A stretch of DNA of 64,000 nucleotides. It comes from Escherichia phage pEC-M719-6WT.2. Made by a program: the position numbers and the translations under genes. This document shows positions 29,051-37,967 of the stretch, piece by piece. Within the stretch, counting starts at the first letter, position 1; every line of letters starts with the position of its first letter. The notes under the pieces are model-generated. The model had not been told where the DNA came from. It did no database searches and saw only the letters and a program-made list of their open reading frames with translations. The stretch lies in the sequence record OQ845958.1, one strand, 5' to 3'.

Positions 29051-29467
29051 ATGACTCGCATTAACTTAACCCTGGTGTCTGAACTCGCTGACCAACATCT
29101 TATGGCTGAATATCGTGAGCTTCCTCGCGTGTTTGGTGCTGTTCGTAAGCATGTACAAAATGGTAAAAAGGTTTCTGACTTTAAAATCCCATCATCTTTT
29201 CTTTTAGGGACTGGTCATGTCACCTTCTTTTATGATAAGCTTTTGTTCCTTAAAAACCGGCATCAAGAACTTATTGCAGAATGTTTAAAGCGAGGGTTTA
29301 ACATAAAAGATATTTCTACCCAAGACTTAACTGATATTCCTGATGAATGGAAGAATGATTATCAACCATCAATCTGGTCAATTGAAATCAGTCAAGCCAG
29401 ACTGAATGAGAAAATTTCTCAAAAGCCTGCTTGGTACAAATACTATGGGAAAGCTGTGTACGCTTAA
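29051..29467 (+). CDS. denV: pyrimidine-dimer DNA glycosylase endonuclease V
   Basis: [34 protein letters not shown] closely matches recalled T4 endo V; 138 aa. Confidence 0.95.
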   Translation: MTRINLTLVSELADQHLMAEYRELPRVFGAVRKHVQNGKKVSDFKIPSSFLLGTGHVTFFYDKLLFLKNRHQELIAECLKRGFNIKDISTQDLTDIPDEWKNDYQPSIWSIEISQARLNEKISQKPAWYKYYGKAVYA

Positions 29468-29515
29468 CTAAAAAGGTTGTATAATGATTTTATCAACCAA
29501 ACAATGGAATATAAA

Positions 29516-29815
29516 ATGAAAACTTATCAAGAATTTATCACAGAAGCCAAAGCCCCTAAAGCATTCCAAATTGGGGTCCAAGGTACTTTAGACCAACAAT
29601 ATGTTGATGCTATTGTAGCAAGCCTCGGCAAGCAGGGTGTACAAGTGGATTTGGTTGATTTTACCAAAGGTAATACTTTTAATATTGTTACGTCTAAAGG
29701 CTCTTTAGCTAAAGTTAAAAAGGCTTTTGGTGTAGCACAAGCATACGAAATCGACCATTCTGAATTAGAAAATAAAGGTCGCCAGAACACAATTAAAGGC
29801 TCTGGTTCTTTCTAA
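29516..29815 (+). CDS. internal-protein-like protein with capsid targeting sequence (ipII position)
   Basis: N-terminus MKTYQEFITE| from internal ATG of ORF-track frame. Confidence 0.7.
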   Translation: MKTYQEFITEAKAPKAFQIGVQGTLDQQYVDAIVASLGKQGVQVDLVDFTKGNTFNIVTSKGSLAKVKKAFGVAQAYEIDHSELENKGRQNTIKGSGSF

Positions 29816-29979
29816 TAAAGGCAAGCCGACCCTCTCCTCATGAACGTTGCGTCCTCTGAGTGATGGACCTTTCCCTACCTGTAATAAGGTCGAGCCCAAG
29901 TGCGGTAAAGGGTTTACATACGGATACATGGATGAATTATGTGCCAAGGAATGGCCCCACAACTTAAAAAGAGACAATT

Positions 29980-30507
29980 ATGAAATTTTTAACTCCCATT
30001 TATCTAACCTTAATGCACGCCTTCGCTGAACGCGCCATTGAACGCTTAGATTCAGACCAATACACCTGGTATGAACCCGCTTCAAGAATGCAAGAGTTTG
30101 GTACTCTTAGACTTGACGGCGGAAGGCAAACAGGTAAAACAAGTGCCATTGCACAATTTGCTGCGGATTGGGTTTCTAAGGGTAATGATGTAATTGTTAT
30201 GTCGAGTTCTTCGCATCGCTCACGAGAAATCTGTGATATAATAAAGCGGGTTTCTAAAGCACAGCCACATCTTAATGTTGAACGACCTGGTTTTGTTGTA
30301 TATGATACTGTTCGTTCATTTTTAGATGAAGATCATTTTCACAAATATCGTGGACTGTCTGTTACCCGATTATTGATTATTATTGAAGAGCCTATTCGCC
30401 TACCAGCGATGGATAAGTTCTATGAAGCTTATCAGACAATGATGAATAAATTTATGTGCCAAGGTTCTAAACCTCTGCCACTGTTCTTTGTGATAGGAAT
30501 GCAATGA
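29980..30507 (+). CDS. P-loop (Walker A) protein of unknown function
   Basis: GGRQTGKTSA Walker A motif; 175 aa. Confidence 0.55.
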   Translation: MKFLTPIYLTLMHAFAERAIERLDSDQYTWYEPASRMQEFGTLRLDGGRQTGKTSAIAQFAADWVSKGNDVIVMSSSSHRSREICDIIKRVSKAQPHLNVERPGFVVYDTVRSFLDEDHFHKYRGLSVTRLLIIIEEPIRLPAMDKFYEAYQTMMNKFMCQGSKPLPLFFVIGMQ

Positions 30508-30800
30508 TGACTGATGAAGAACTTTTTGAGTTCTGCTATTTCTCACGTAAGGTCCGAAGAGAGGACCTTACTACAAATTTTGAATATGCTTATTTCTATC
30601 CATTAGAATATGTATTCATGTCAGGGCCCTTTAAGGGCTCTCGTTTTAGATGCCACGCTCCTAGTATCCGATTAATGAAACAGGTTCCTTACTTCACCCT
30701 CGAGTTCATCTCAGGGCCTTGTAAGGGCATTATAACTCGTAGTCTCTTGACGTATGACCAAGAGATTCATATGATTTCTGACTGGAAAAAATATGTCTAA
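30504..30800 (+). CDS. hypothetical protein with internal duplicated SGPxKG motif
   Basis: EYVFMSGPFKG and LEFISGPCKG repeats. Confidence 0.5.
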   Translation: MMTDEELFEFCYFSRKVRREDLTTNFEYAYFYPLEYVFMSGPFKGSRFRCHAPSIRLMKQVPYFTLEFISGPCKGIITRSLLTYDQEIHMISDWKKYV

Positions 30801-31007
30801 ATTGACTATTGAAGGTTCTGAAGAAGCTCTGAAGATGTTTGTTGACTGGTTCCACGAACAGGGCGAACAAGGCTTTATGGAATGTTGGGACGGTGGCCAA
30901 TGGAATGGTAAAGAAATTGTTTATCCGAGTACATATATCTCTGTTCGTGGCGGATATGATGGCCTTCGTTTGGTAGAATATGATAATGCATCTGATGAGG
31001 AAGTGAA

Positions 31008-31011
<4 letters not shown>
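30793..31011 (+). CDS. hypothetical acidic protein
   Basis: 72-aa ORF, overlap with neighbours. Confidence 0.5.
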
Positions 31012-31591
<580 letters not shown>

Positions 31592-31647
31592 TGTACAAGC
31601 AGGTTGAAATGAGTTATGATTATCCCATCAAACAAAAGGAGATAATC

Positions 31648-32106
31648 ATGACTACTATCGATTCAAGTGTTTACATTCGCCGCAATAAACTTCGTCGCAT
31701 TTTTGAAACGGAGTTCCTCAAAATTAATAATGCTATCAACAAGGCTTGTAAAGAAGCAGGCCTTGAGGCATTCTTCATTAAGTACAGTCCGCACCTGTTG
31801 GACCGTGCAATCCAACGTGAAATTGATGAACAATATGTTTTTGACTTGTTTGGAAAAATCACACCACATGTAAAAGAAATCGTTGAATTCCTGGAGATGA
31901 AACCACTCCCGGAAGTTGAAGCACAAATTGACCCGAATGTGAACTATCGTCCACTTCGTCTGGAAATCACAGACAAGAACCTGTGGTTAGGAATGACAGT
32001 TAACCCAGCTCTTCCTGGGAAGTCTCCGACCATGTGTTGTCGTATGGCGTTTGTTAACTCTAATCGTCTGGAAGGAAAAATTAGCACAAAAGTGATTTAT
32101 ATCTAA
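31648..32106 (+). CDS. regB: site-specific endoribonuclease RegB
   Basis: ...VYIRRNKLRRIFETEF...KYSPHLLDRAIQREIDEQYVFDLF... matches recalled T4 RegB; 152 aa. Confidence 0.85.
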   Translation: MTTIDSSVYIRRNKLRRIFETEFLKINNAINKACKEAGLEAFFIKYSPHLLDRAIQREIDEQYVFDLFGKITPHVKEIVEFLEMKPLPEVEAQIDPNVNYRPLRLEITDKNLWLGMTVNPALPGKSPTMCCRMAFVNSNRLEGKISTKVIYI

Positions 32107-32116
32107 TGGGGAATTC

Positions 32117-32659
32117 ATGAAAAAAGTAATCGCCACCTTACTATTGACAGTTAGTATGTCTGCCCATAGCGTAGAGCCTACTTTCAGTAATGAACAAATG
32201 GAGAACCTCCAATATGCTTATGCGTTTGGAGAACAGTTCCAGAAAAATGGTAAGTACAAAGAAAATCCGCACCAACATAATGGTTTGGGATATATCATGG
32301 CTGGTTTAACCTGGCAGGAAAGTTCTGCTGGGATTAATACTGGATTAAATAAAGATAAGCATCATGCATATGGTATATTCCAAAATTATCTTCCAACCGT
32401 GCGCGAACGCGTGAAACAGGTTGGGTGGACAATGACAGATAAAGAAATAATCAAGATGATAAGCAAGAGAGAGAACAGTGCACGCTGGGCTTATATTGAG
32501 CTTTCATATTGGTTGAATATTCATAAGGGGGATATAAGGAAAACACTATCATCATATAACGCAGGGTGGAATGTGAAAGCTGGTAATAAGTATGCTTCAC
32601 AGGTCCTAGAAAAAGCTAACTACTTAAAATCACGAGGCCTATTAAAAACGGTGGATTAA
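32117..32659 (+). CDS. secreted lytic transglycosylase-like protein
   Basis: N-terminal signal peptide; SLT motifs WQESSAG, AYGIFQ, SYNAGWN. Confidence 0.6.
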   Translation: MKKVIATLLLTVSMSAHSVEPTFSNEQMENLQYAYAFGEQFQKNGKYKENPHQHNGLGYIMAGLTWQESSAGINTGLNKDKHHAYGIFQNYLPTVRERVKQVGWTMTDKEIIKMISKRENSARWAYIELSYWLNIHKGDIRKTLSSYNAGWNVKAGNKYASQVLEKANYLKSRGLLKTVD

Positions 32660-32661
32660 AA

Positions 32662-33021
32662 ATGGTAAGAGTTATCACTTTAGCCATAGGGTTAGTATTC
32701 AGCATGGGAGGAATAGCTTCAGTACAGAGCGACGACAACAACAGCATCGTAGAATATGCAACGAGGACGGCTAAAGATTATTGCGCATCAAGCAATGTGG
32801 ATTGTGTAATCCGGTTCAGTGCCAAGCTCACCGCGGCATATAAAGATGGTCAAAATGATGTTGAACATACGCTTTTGAAAAAGAATGTATTATCCAACAA
32901 ATATGAAAAGAAATTATTTGAAATGGATTGCATTCTATCAAGTGCAAAATATAAGGCGGCCTGCACCAGTATGGTTGACAGGTTAGTGGATTCATATAAT
33001 AGAGGATTGAACTCTAAATGA
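32662..33021 (+). CDS. secreted protein of unknown function
   Basis: signal-peptide-like N-terminus MVRVITLAIGLVFSMGGIASVQS. Confidence 0.5.
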   Translation: MVRVITLAIGLVFSMGGIASVQSDDNNSIVEYATRTAKDYCASSNVDCVIRFSAKLTAAYKDGQNDVEHTLLKKNVLSNKYEKKLFEMDCILSSAKYKAACTSMVDRLVDSYNRGLNSK

Positions 33022-33482
33022 TTACCCAGTATATTAAGGGCGATATCGTCGCCCTCTTTCTTAGCGGTAAAAACATTGCTCATGGCTGTAATTGCTTCCA
33101 TACAATGGGCTCTGGAGTAGCTGGACAATTGGCGAAGGCTTATCCAAGGATTTTAGAAATAGACAAAACCACTACTGAATATGGTTCTCGTGATAAATTA
33201 GGCGATATGTCTATTGTTTTCAAATATTCCCGTGGTCCGTCAACTTGCTTTAATCTTTACACCCAATATGAACCAGGACCAAATCTCGACTATCACGCTT
33301 TAGTAAATTGTATGGTAGAATTAAATCGAGTCCTGAGTGAAGGAACACTATTCCGACCAGTGGTTTATATCCCACGGATTGGATGTGGTATTGCAGGTGG
33401 AGATTGGGAAAAGGTCTCTATGTTAATTGATATTTTTACCCCTGACATTGATTTGATAGTGGTGGATTATGAGCCTGAATGA
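33018..33482 (+). CDS. macro-domain protein (ADP-ribose binding/processing)
   Basis: macro motifs: IKGDI, NCFHTMGSGVAGQL (cf. NAANxxLxxGGGVxGAI), PRIGCGIAGG (cf. PAIGTGxxG). Confidence 0.65.
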   Translation: MITQYIKGDIVALFLSGKNIAHGCNCFHTMGSGVAGQLAKAYPRILEIDKTTTEYGSRDKLGDMSIVFKYSRGPSTCFNLYTQYEPGPNLDYHALVNCMVELNRVLSEGTLFRPVVYIPRIGCGIAGGDWEKVSMLIDIFTPDIDLIVVDYEPE

Positions 33483-33645
33483 AGAACAAGAACGTATTGT
33501 TGAAAACTTAGATAAGCTTATTCATTTAGCTAAAAAGGTGGCAGCTTTACAACCCCACGGCAGTAAAGAAGATTATGACCAAGCTGCCGAGGCTCTCAAG
33601 GCCCAACGAAAAAGAATTTTGGCTATGGACGGAATTGAATTATGA
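33469..33645 (+). CDS. small hypothetical protein (58 aa)
   Basis: below ORF-track cutoff; ATG overlapping macro gene 3' end, stop overlaps next ATG (ATGA). Confidence 0.4.
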   Translation: MSLNEEQERIVENLDKLIHLAKKVAALQPHGSKEDYDQAAEALKAQRKRILAMDGIEL

Positions 33646-33848
33646 GCCAAGCCCGAATTCTTAAAACGGCCAAATGTGAAAAATGTGAATGGCCAGTAAT
33701 CGCAGCTTTATGCAACGATGAAATGGAATGTGAATTTGATTACTGGTGGTACTGTTCCAATAAAGGGTGCATTAATCATAAGGGTGAAGGTTTTCATTCT
33801 GGTTATTGCGAACATCCTAAATTTGTGCGATATGGTGAACCGAAATGA
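33642..33848 (+). CDS. small Cys-rich protein
   Basis: 68 aa with CEKCEW...CEFDYWWYC...CINH...YCEHP metal-binding-like pattern. Confidence 0.5.
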   Translation: MSQARILKTAKCEKCEWPVIAALCNDEMECEFDYWWYCSNKGCINHKGEGFHSGYCEHPKFVRYGEPK

Positions 33849-34030
33849 GTTTAAGTATTAGTCAGAAAAGTAGATTGTTTGAGCTTATCCATGAGCTTTT
33901 GGAAGAGCACGCAGAAGCAAACGCTTTTTACGATGAATATGGCCCGATAGACGCCGACCATCAGGAAGAATTTGCTAATCGATTTGATGCGAAAGAAAAC
34001 GAATTAATAGCTTATGTGAATACGCTTTAA
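33845..34030 (+). CDS. hypothetical protein
   Basis: 61-aa ORF, ATGA overlap. Confidence 0.45.
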   Translation: MSLSISQKSRLFELIHELLEEHAEANAFYDEYGPIDADHQEEFANRFDAKENELIAYVNTL

Positions 34031-34039
34031 GAAGGTGAT

Positions 34040-34612
34040 ATGGCGAGTTTAATTTATCATTACGCAGCAATGAATGCAGGCAAAACAGCTTCATTGCTGA
34101 CTGCAGCTTATTCCTATAAAGAGCGTGGAATGAGTGTGCTTTTGCTAAAACCTGTTATTGATAATCGGGACTCGGAATCTGAAATCAAATCACGTATTGG
34201 TATTAGCCAGGAAGCAAACCTGGTAACGGCCGACATGAACCTGTTTGAATTCTATAAATGGGCCGAGTCTCAAAAGGATATCCATTGTGTCCTGGTCGAT
34301 GAAGCTCAATTTTTGTTACCAGAGCAAATTGACCAGTTAGCTCAAGTGGTTGATAATTACAATATCCCCGTTATGTGTTACGGGTTAAGAACAGATTTTC
34401 GGGGTCAATTATTTCCCGGTTCAGCCAGACTTCTGGCTATTTCGGATAAACTGGTTGAATTAAAGGGCGTCTGTCATTGCGGCCGGAAAGCAACCATGAC
34501 CGCGAGAGTAATCGACGGTGCTGCTGTAAAGGACGGCGAGCAAGTGTTAGTCGGTGGGAATGAATCGTACGTATCTTTATGCAGAAAACATTGGCTCGAA
34601 TTAACAAGCTGA
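34040..34612 (+). CDS. tk: thymidine kinase
   Basis: MASLIYHYAAMNAGKTASLL...VCHCGRKATMTARV... matches recalled T4 Tk. Confidence 0.95.
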   Translation: MASLIYHYAAMNAGKTASLLTAAYSYKERGMSVLLLKPVIDNRDSESEIKSRIGISQEANLVTADMNLFEFYKWAESQKDIHCVLVDEAQFLLPEQIDQLAQVVDNYNIPVMCYGLRTDFRGQLFPGSARLLAISDKLVELKGVCHCGRKATMTARVIDGAAVKDGEQVLVGGNESYVSLCRKHWLELTS

Positions 34613-34619
34613 GGTTCGC

Positions 34620-34895
34620 ATGGTATACAAGGTTTGGACGTATATCTCTATTTTTGTTATTGCTGGAATTGCATTTATTCCCACACAAACAGATAGCGAG
34701 AGATATGAAAGGGAAATTGAAATAGTAGCAAGCACGTACCATTCTGTTAATAAAGAATGCCCGAATAAAAATGGAATAAATTTACAAAAATCACATTATA
34801 TGCTGACTGTTACTAGTCCAGTGCAAAGAATATGGGTTGATAGACATTTTTCTGATTTATTTGCAATGTATTGTTTCAAATTTAAAAGATTATAA
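34620..34895 (+). CDS. membrane-anchored hypothetical protein
   Basis: 91 aa, N-terminal TM segment. Confidence 0.5.
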   Translation: MVYKVWTYISIFVIAGIAFIPTQTDSERYEREIEIVASTYHSVNKECPNKNGINLQKSHYMLTVTSPVQRIWVDRHFSDLFAMYCFKFKRL

Positions 34896-34898
34896 ATA
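34891..34898 (+). promoter_or_regulatory. late promoter box TATAAATA upstream of rI
   Basis: exact octamer overlapping upstream stop, about 70 nt before rI ATG. Confidence 0.45.
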
Positions 34899-34970
34899 CA
34901 GTTACTAACTAGTATTCCGCTATGTTAAGGCTGCAAAGCGTAATCATGACCAACAATAAGGAGTCCTTTT

Positions 34971-35264
34971 ATGGACCTTATTCGAGGACTTTCTCTAAGT
35001 CTATTACTAATGGGCTGTTTAGGCCCAAATATGTCCTCTGCTACAGATGGTAAATTTACCCAGTATGCAGATAGTGCGATGCAAATCTATTCGCAATTCA
35101 AAGAACCCAGCGTCGAGCAGTCCGAACAATTTTGGGCTTTTATTAAAACTGAATGGAACAATAAGAGTCAATGTGTAAATGAAATCACATGTCAAATTGA
35201 TGGCCGTGCGGCTGCAGTCGAATACGCTAAATTAATGAAGGTAAAATTGGAAGATGAAATTTGA
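34971..35264 (+). CDS. rI: lysis inhibition regulator RI (periplasmic antiholin)
   Basis: 97 aa as T4 RI; signal-anchor N-terminus; SVEQSEQFWAF and C-terminal KLEDEI resemble recalled T4 RI. Confidence 0.75.
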   Translation: MDLIRGLSLSLLLMGCLGPNMSSATDGKFTQYADSAMQIYSQFKEPSVEQSEQFWAFIKTEWNNKSQCVNEITCQIDGRAAAVEYAKLMKVKLEDEI

Positions 35265-35637
35265 TGATTTCGTAACGGGTCGTGGGTCTGAGGTGGATTC
35301 ATATATTGGGTGGTTGTTAGTCTCTTTGGCTTATTTTAAATCCGCCCATCTTGAAACCAAAAGTTACGCCCGCCATAAAGCTTATGATTTCTACTTCACA
35401 GAAATCCAAGGTCCACTCGACCAGTTCAGTGAGCAATGGTTAGGTTACAGCGGGAAACAATACAAAGCTGCATTACCGTCCGCCTCGGACTTGCCGAAAG
35501 ATACAATTTTGTTTTTAGATGAAATGATTAAAAGCTCGGAAAGAGTCTATAAAGTTGTACCTAAGGCTATTCAATCGACTCTGGACGATATCGTTGGAGT
35601 TTTCTTTCAAACTAAGTATCTGTTAACACTAGAGTAA
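35254..35637 (+). CDS. hypothetical protein
   Basis: 127-aa ORF overlapping rI 3' end; followed by terminator. Confidence 0.5.
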   Translation: MKFDDFVTGRGSEVDSYIGWLLVSLAYFKSAHLETKSYARHKAYDFYFTEIQGPLDQFSEQWLGYSGKQYKAALPSASDLPKDTILFLDEMIKSSERVYKVVPKAIQSTLDDIVGVFFQTKYLLTLE

Positions 35638-35643
35638 TTCAAA

Positions 35644-35673
35644 AGGTCTGCCTTCGGGTGGACCTTTTTTTTT
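35644..35673 (+). terminator. rho-independent terminator
   Basis: 9-bp stem with TTCG tetraloop followed by T9. Confidence 0.75.
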
Positions 35674-35741
35674 CATTTAGGGGGTTTACATCCTCATAAA
35701 AAGGGTGTACTATTATCCCATCAACTACTGAGGAGAATACA

Positions 35742-35945
35742 ATGAGAATTAAAAATATCAAGATTGATGCAGTTAATACTGGTGATGAGGTTGTTATCTA
35801 TCTTAATGATTATGCAATCTTTATGGACAGTGCCACTGATGAAGAAGTTGTTGAACTCTTACAGAAAGCTCCATTTGAACTGTGCGAAGAAGATGCTACT
35901 CATCTTTCATCAGCAATTTTCTCATTATCATATGTGGTGGAATAA
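35742..35945 (+). CDS. hypothetical acidic protein
   Basis: 67-aa ORF behind promoter/leader cassette. Confidence 0.5.
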   Translation: MRIKNIKIDAVNTGDEVVIYLNDYAIFMDSATDEEVVELLQKAPFELCEEDATHLSSAIFSLSYVVE

Positions 35946-36181
35946 TGAAACTTACAAATACCATGGTTTCATTGGAATATGAAACCAATAATCATATTCT
36001 TGAAATTAAGATATTTGATGACAGAAGCATATTTGCTGATTACCGCGGATATAGAATTCGCCTGGAAAAGGACGAGCTCAAAGAACCATGGCTCCTTAAA
36101 GATACCTTAAAGGGTTGTGGGTGTAAGCTGAAGACCACTCAAGCCCAAGAATTAATTTCTACCATCAACAAATACTGGTGA
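35945..36181 (+). CDS. hypothetical protein
   Basis: 78 aa from ATG in TAATG overlap. Confidence 0.5.
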   Translation: MKLTNTMVSLEYETNNHILEIKIFDDRSIFADYRGYRIRLEKDELKEPWLLKDTLKGCGCKLKTTQAQELISTINKYW

Positions 36182-36185
36182 TATT

Positions 36186-36368
36186 ATGTTAACTACTGAA
36201 CAGATTGAACAAATCCTTAAACTTGCTACTGCTATTGAACGCGATTCTTATGATATTGCAGTAGAACATTGTGAAGGCTATTCATATTCCGGAATAGAGC
36301 AGTGTAAACGAGATTTAGCGAATTCTAAAGCAGCATTGGTTGAGTATCTGAATGAGTTGAAAGAATAA
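36186..36368 (+). CDS. hypothetical protein
   Basis: 60-aa ORF. Confidence 0.45.
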   Translation: MLTTEQIEQILKLATAIERDSYDIAVEHCEGYSYSGIEQCKRDLANSKAALVEYLNELKE

Positions 36369-36625
36369 TGGCTGTTGGATTTGCAAAAGACGGAGCTGAA
36401 CAGCTAGAGATGGAAGCGGTTGTACAAGCCGCTATCACCCATGCGAGAGCACAAGTTGCAGTTGAAAGGGAGTCTGCTGAATTCTGTTTTGACTGCGACG
36501 AAAAAATTCCTGAAGCGCGGAGACAAGCGATTAGGGGTGTGATATATTGTGTTGGTTGTCAATCAATGCATGATGAAATTTTTAAACGTGAGCCACGAAA
36601 CTGTTGGCACAGGAGCATGAGATGA
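36368..36625 (+). CDS. TraR/DksA-like C4 zinc-finger protein
   Basis: CFDCDEKIPEARRQA...CVGCQ four-Cys finger. Confidence 0.6.
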   Translation: MAVGFAKDGAEQLEMEAVVQAAITHARAQVAVERESAEFCFDCDEKIPEARRQAIRGVIYCVGCQSMHDEIFKREPRNCWHRSMR

Positions 36626-36717
36626 TTTACTATCTTGAACCTTGGGCTTGGTTAACAATGGCTATAGGGCCTGTTTTAATTGGTTTATTCTTTTCATGGT
36701 TAGCGAGGAAACTGTAA
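36622..36717 (+). CDS. candidate 31-aa hydrophobic peptide
   Basis: MIYYLEPWAWLTMAIGPVLIGLFFSWLARKL; ATG overlaps upstream stop and stop overlaps next ATG; below ORF-track cutoff. Confidence 0.35.
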   Translation: MIYYLEPWAWLTMAIGPVLIGLFFSWLARKL

Positions 36718-36932
36718 TGTTGTATGACCCAAGTGGTAATTTTGAAAATGGTGTGATTGTTCTGGAGCCTGAGCATCCAATTGGTGACGTATACCGCCCA
36801 GTTGAAGTGTGCGAATGTAATTTTGTTGCAGGTAATACTGGTGGGATTTCCATTGAGCAAGATGATGATGTTATTTACCTGGATGCAAGCCAAGTAGAAG
36901 CGCTTTATAGTATTTTAAAACATAACCGTTGA
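36717..36932 (+). CDS. hypothetical protein
   Basis: 71 aa from ATG after SD GAGGAA. Confidence 0.5.
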   Translation: MLYDPSGNFENGVIVLEPEHPIGDVYRPVEVCECNFVAGNTGGISIEQDDDVIYLDASQVEALYSILKHNR

Positions 36933-36942
36933 GGAACAGAAA

Positions 36943-37503
36943 ATGATTATTGAAACAACTGAATTGTTTGGCGAACTGACTGCTGAAGTGGTTAATAACG
37001 CAATCGAGCTTTGTCAAGAAGACGATAAAATCGTACTGACTATCCAAGATATTAAACCACTTTATAATTTAATGGTTTTGGATAGAGCTGACTATCTCAA
37101 TGGACGTAATAGTGCTCCTGTCGATATTAACGATGAGCTATACGCTTATATCTATAAAAATGAAAATGGGTTTAATCTGGAAAATGGTATAGAATGCCTG
37201 AGCATTAGCGATTCTGATAAATTCTTTGATTGTATTTTCAAACTCTTCCAGGAAGAATGTAAACCGGAAGTTGAATGGAAAGTTCCGGGACAAGATGCAC
37301 TGATTCGCTCTAGTGAAACGTTTGAAGGCGATGAAGAGGAACTAGATTATAATACTGAATTAACTGTGCATCAACATAACGGCCGTGACCTGTTATCTAT
37401 TGTCCAAAGACATGACGGCGAAAGTGAAGTGGTATTTACTAAGGACGAGCTAAAAGTTTTAGTCTCTTATCTGAACTCTGTTATCCCAACTATGAACTCT
37501 TAA
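36943..37503 (+). CDS. hypothetical acidic protein
   Basis: 186-aa ORF with SD GAGGAA. Confidence 0.55.
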   Translation: MIIETTELFGELTAEVVNNAIELCQEDDKIVLTIQDIKPLYNLMVLDRADYLNGRNSAPVDINDELYAYIYKNENGFNLENGIECLSISDSDKFFDCIFKLFQEECKPEVEWKVPGQDALIRSSETFEGDEEELDYNTELTVHQHNGRDLLSIVQRHDGESEVVFTKDELKVLVSYLNSVIPTMNS

Positions 37504-37514
37504 GGAAAATTATT

Positions 37515-37967
37515 ATGATTATCAATACAAACTCATGGCACGCTCGTTTCCACGACCGTTTTTATGACCGTCATTCTCGTCCACACTCTTTGTGTGCTTA
37601 TTTCTGGAAAATGGTTTGGGCTTGTTTTGTTTGTGCCGTTTTTATCGGTAGTATGGTTTTTGGATTAACTGTCGCGGGTGCAGGTGTATTAGAGCATTTC
37701 TTTGTATTAAGCACCCCGGTCGGTTTAGGCTTAGGGTTTATTTTAGGACTAGCTACACTGGCTCTTATTCTGACGGTAGCATTTGGTCTAATGTATGGTC
37801 TAATGAATTTATGGGCCTGGTACGATTTACGTAAAGAAGAAAAAGAATGGGAACGCATTAAAGCTAAACGTGAAGGAAAGGAAATTAAAGAAAATGTTTT
37901 CATTCAATATATCAAAGCTCGTAAATCTAAGATGTGCCCAGTAATCCACTTCGAGGACAAAGAATGA
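37515..37967 (+). CDS. membrane protein
   Basis: 150 aa, two long hydrophobic segments. Confidence 0.55.
   Translation: MIINTNSWHARFHDRFYDRHSRPHSLCAYFWKMVWACFVCAVFIGSMVFGLTVAGAGVLEHFFVLSTPVGLGLGFILGLATLALILTVAFGLMYGLMNLWAWYDLRKEEKEWERIKAKREGKEIKENVFIQYIKARKSKMCPVIHFEDKE

Noticed and set aside
29816-29979. 160-nt gap after the ipII-like gene with 60-aa ORF 29847-30029 and a GTTTAC hexamer
   Set aside because: ORF lacks SD and overlaps the next gene start; GTTTAC has no correctly spaced -10. Left unannotated; could still hold a regulatory element.
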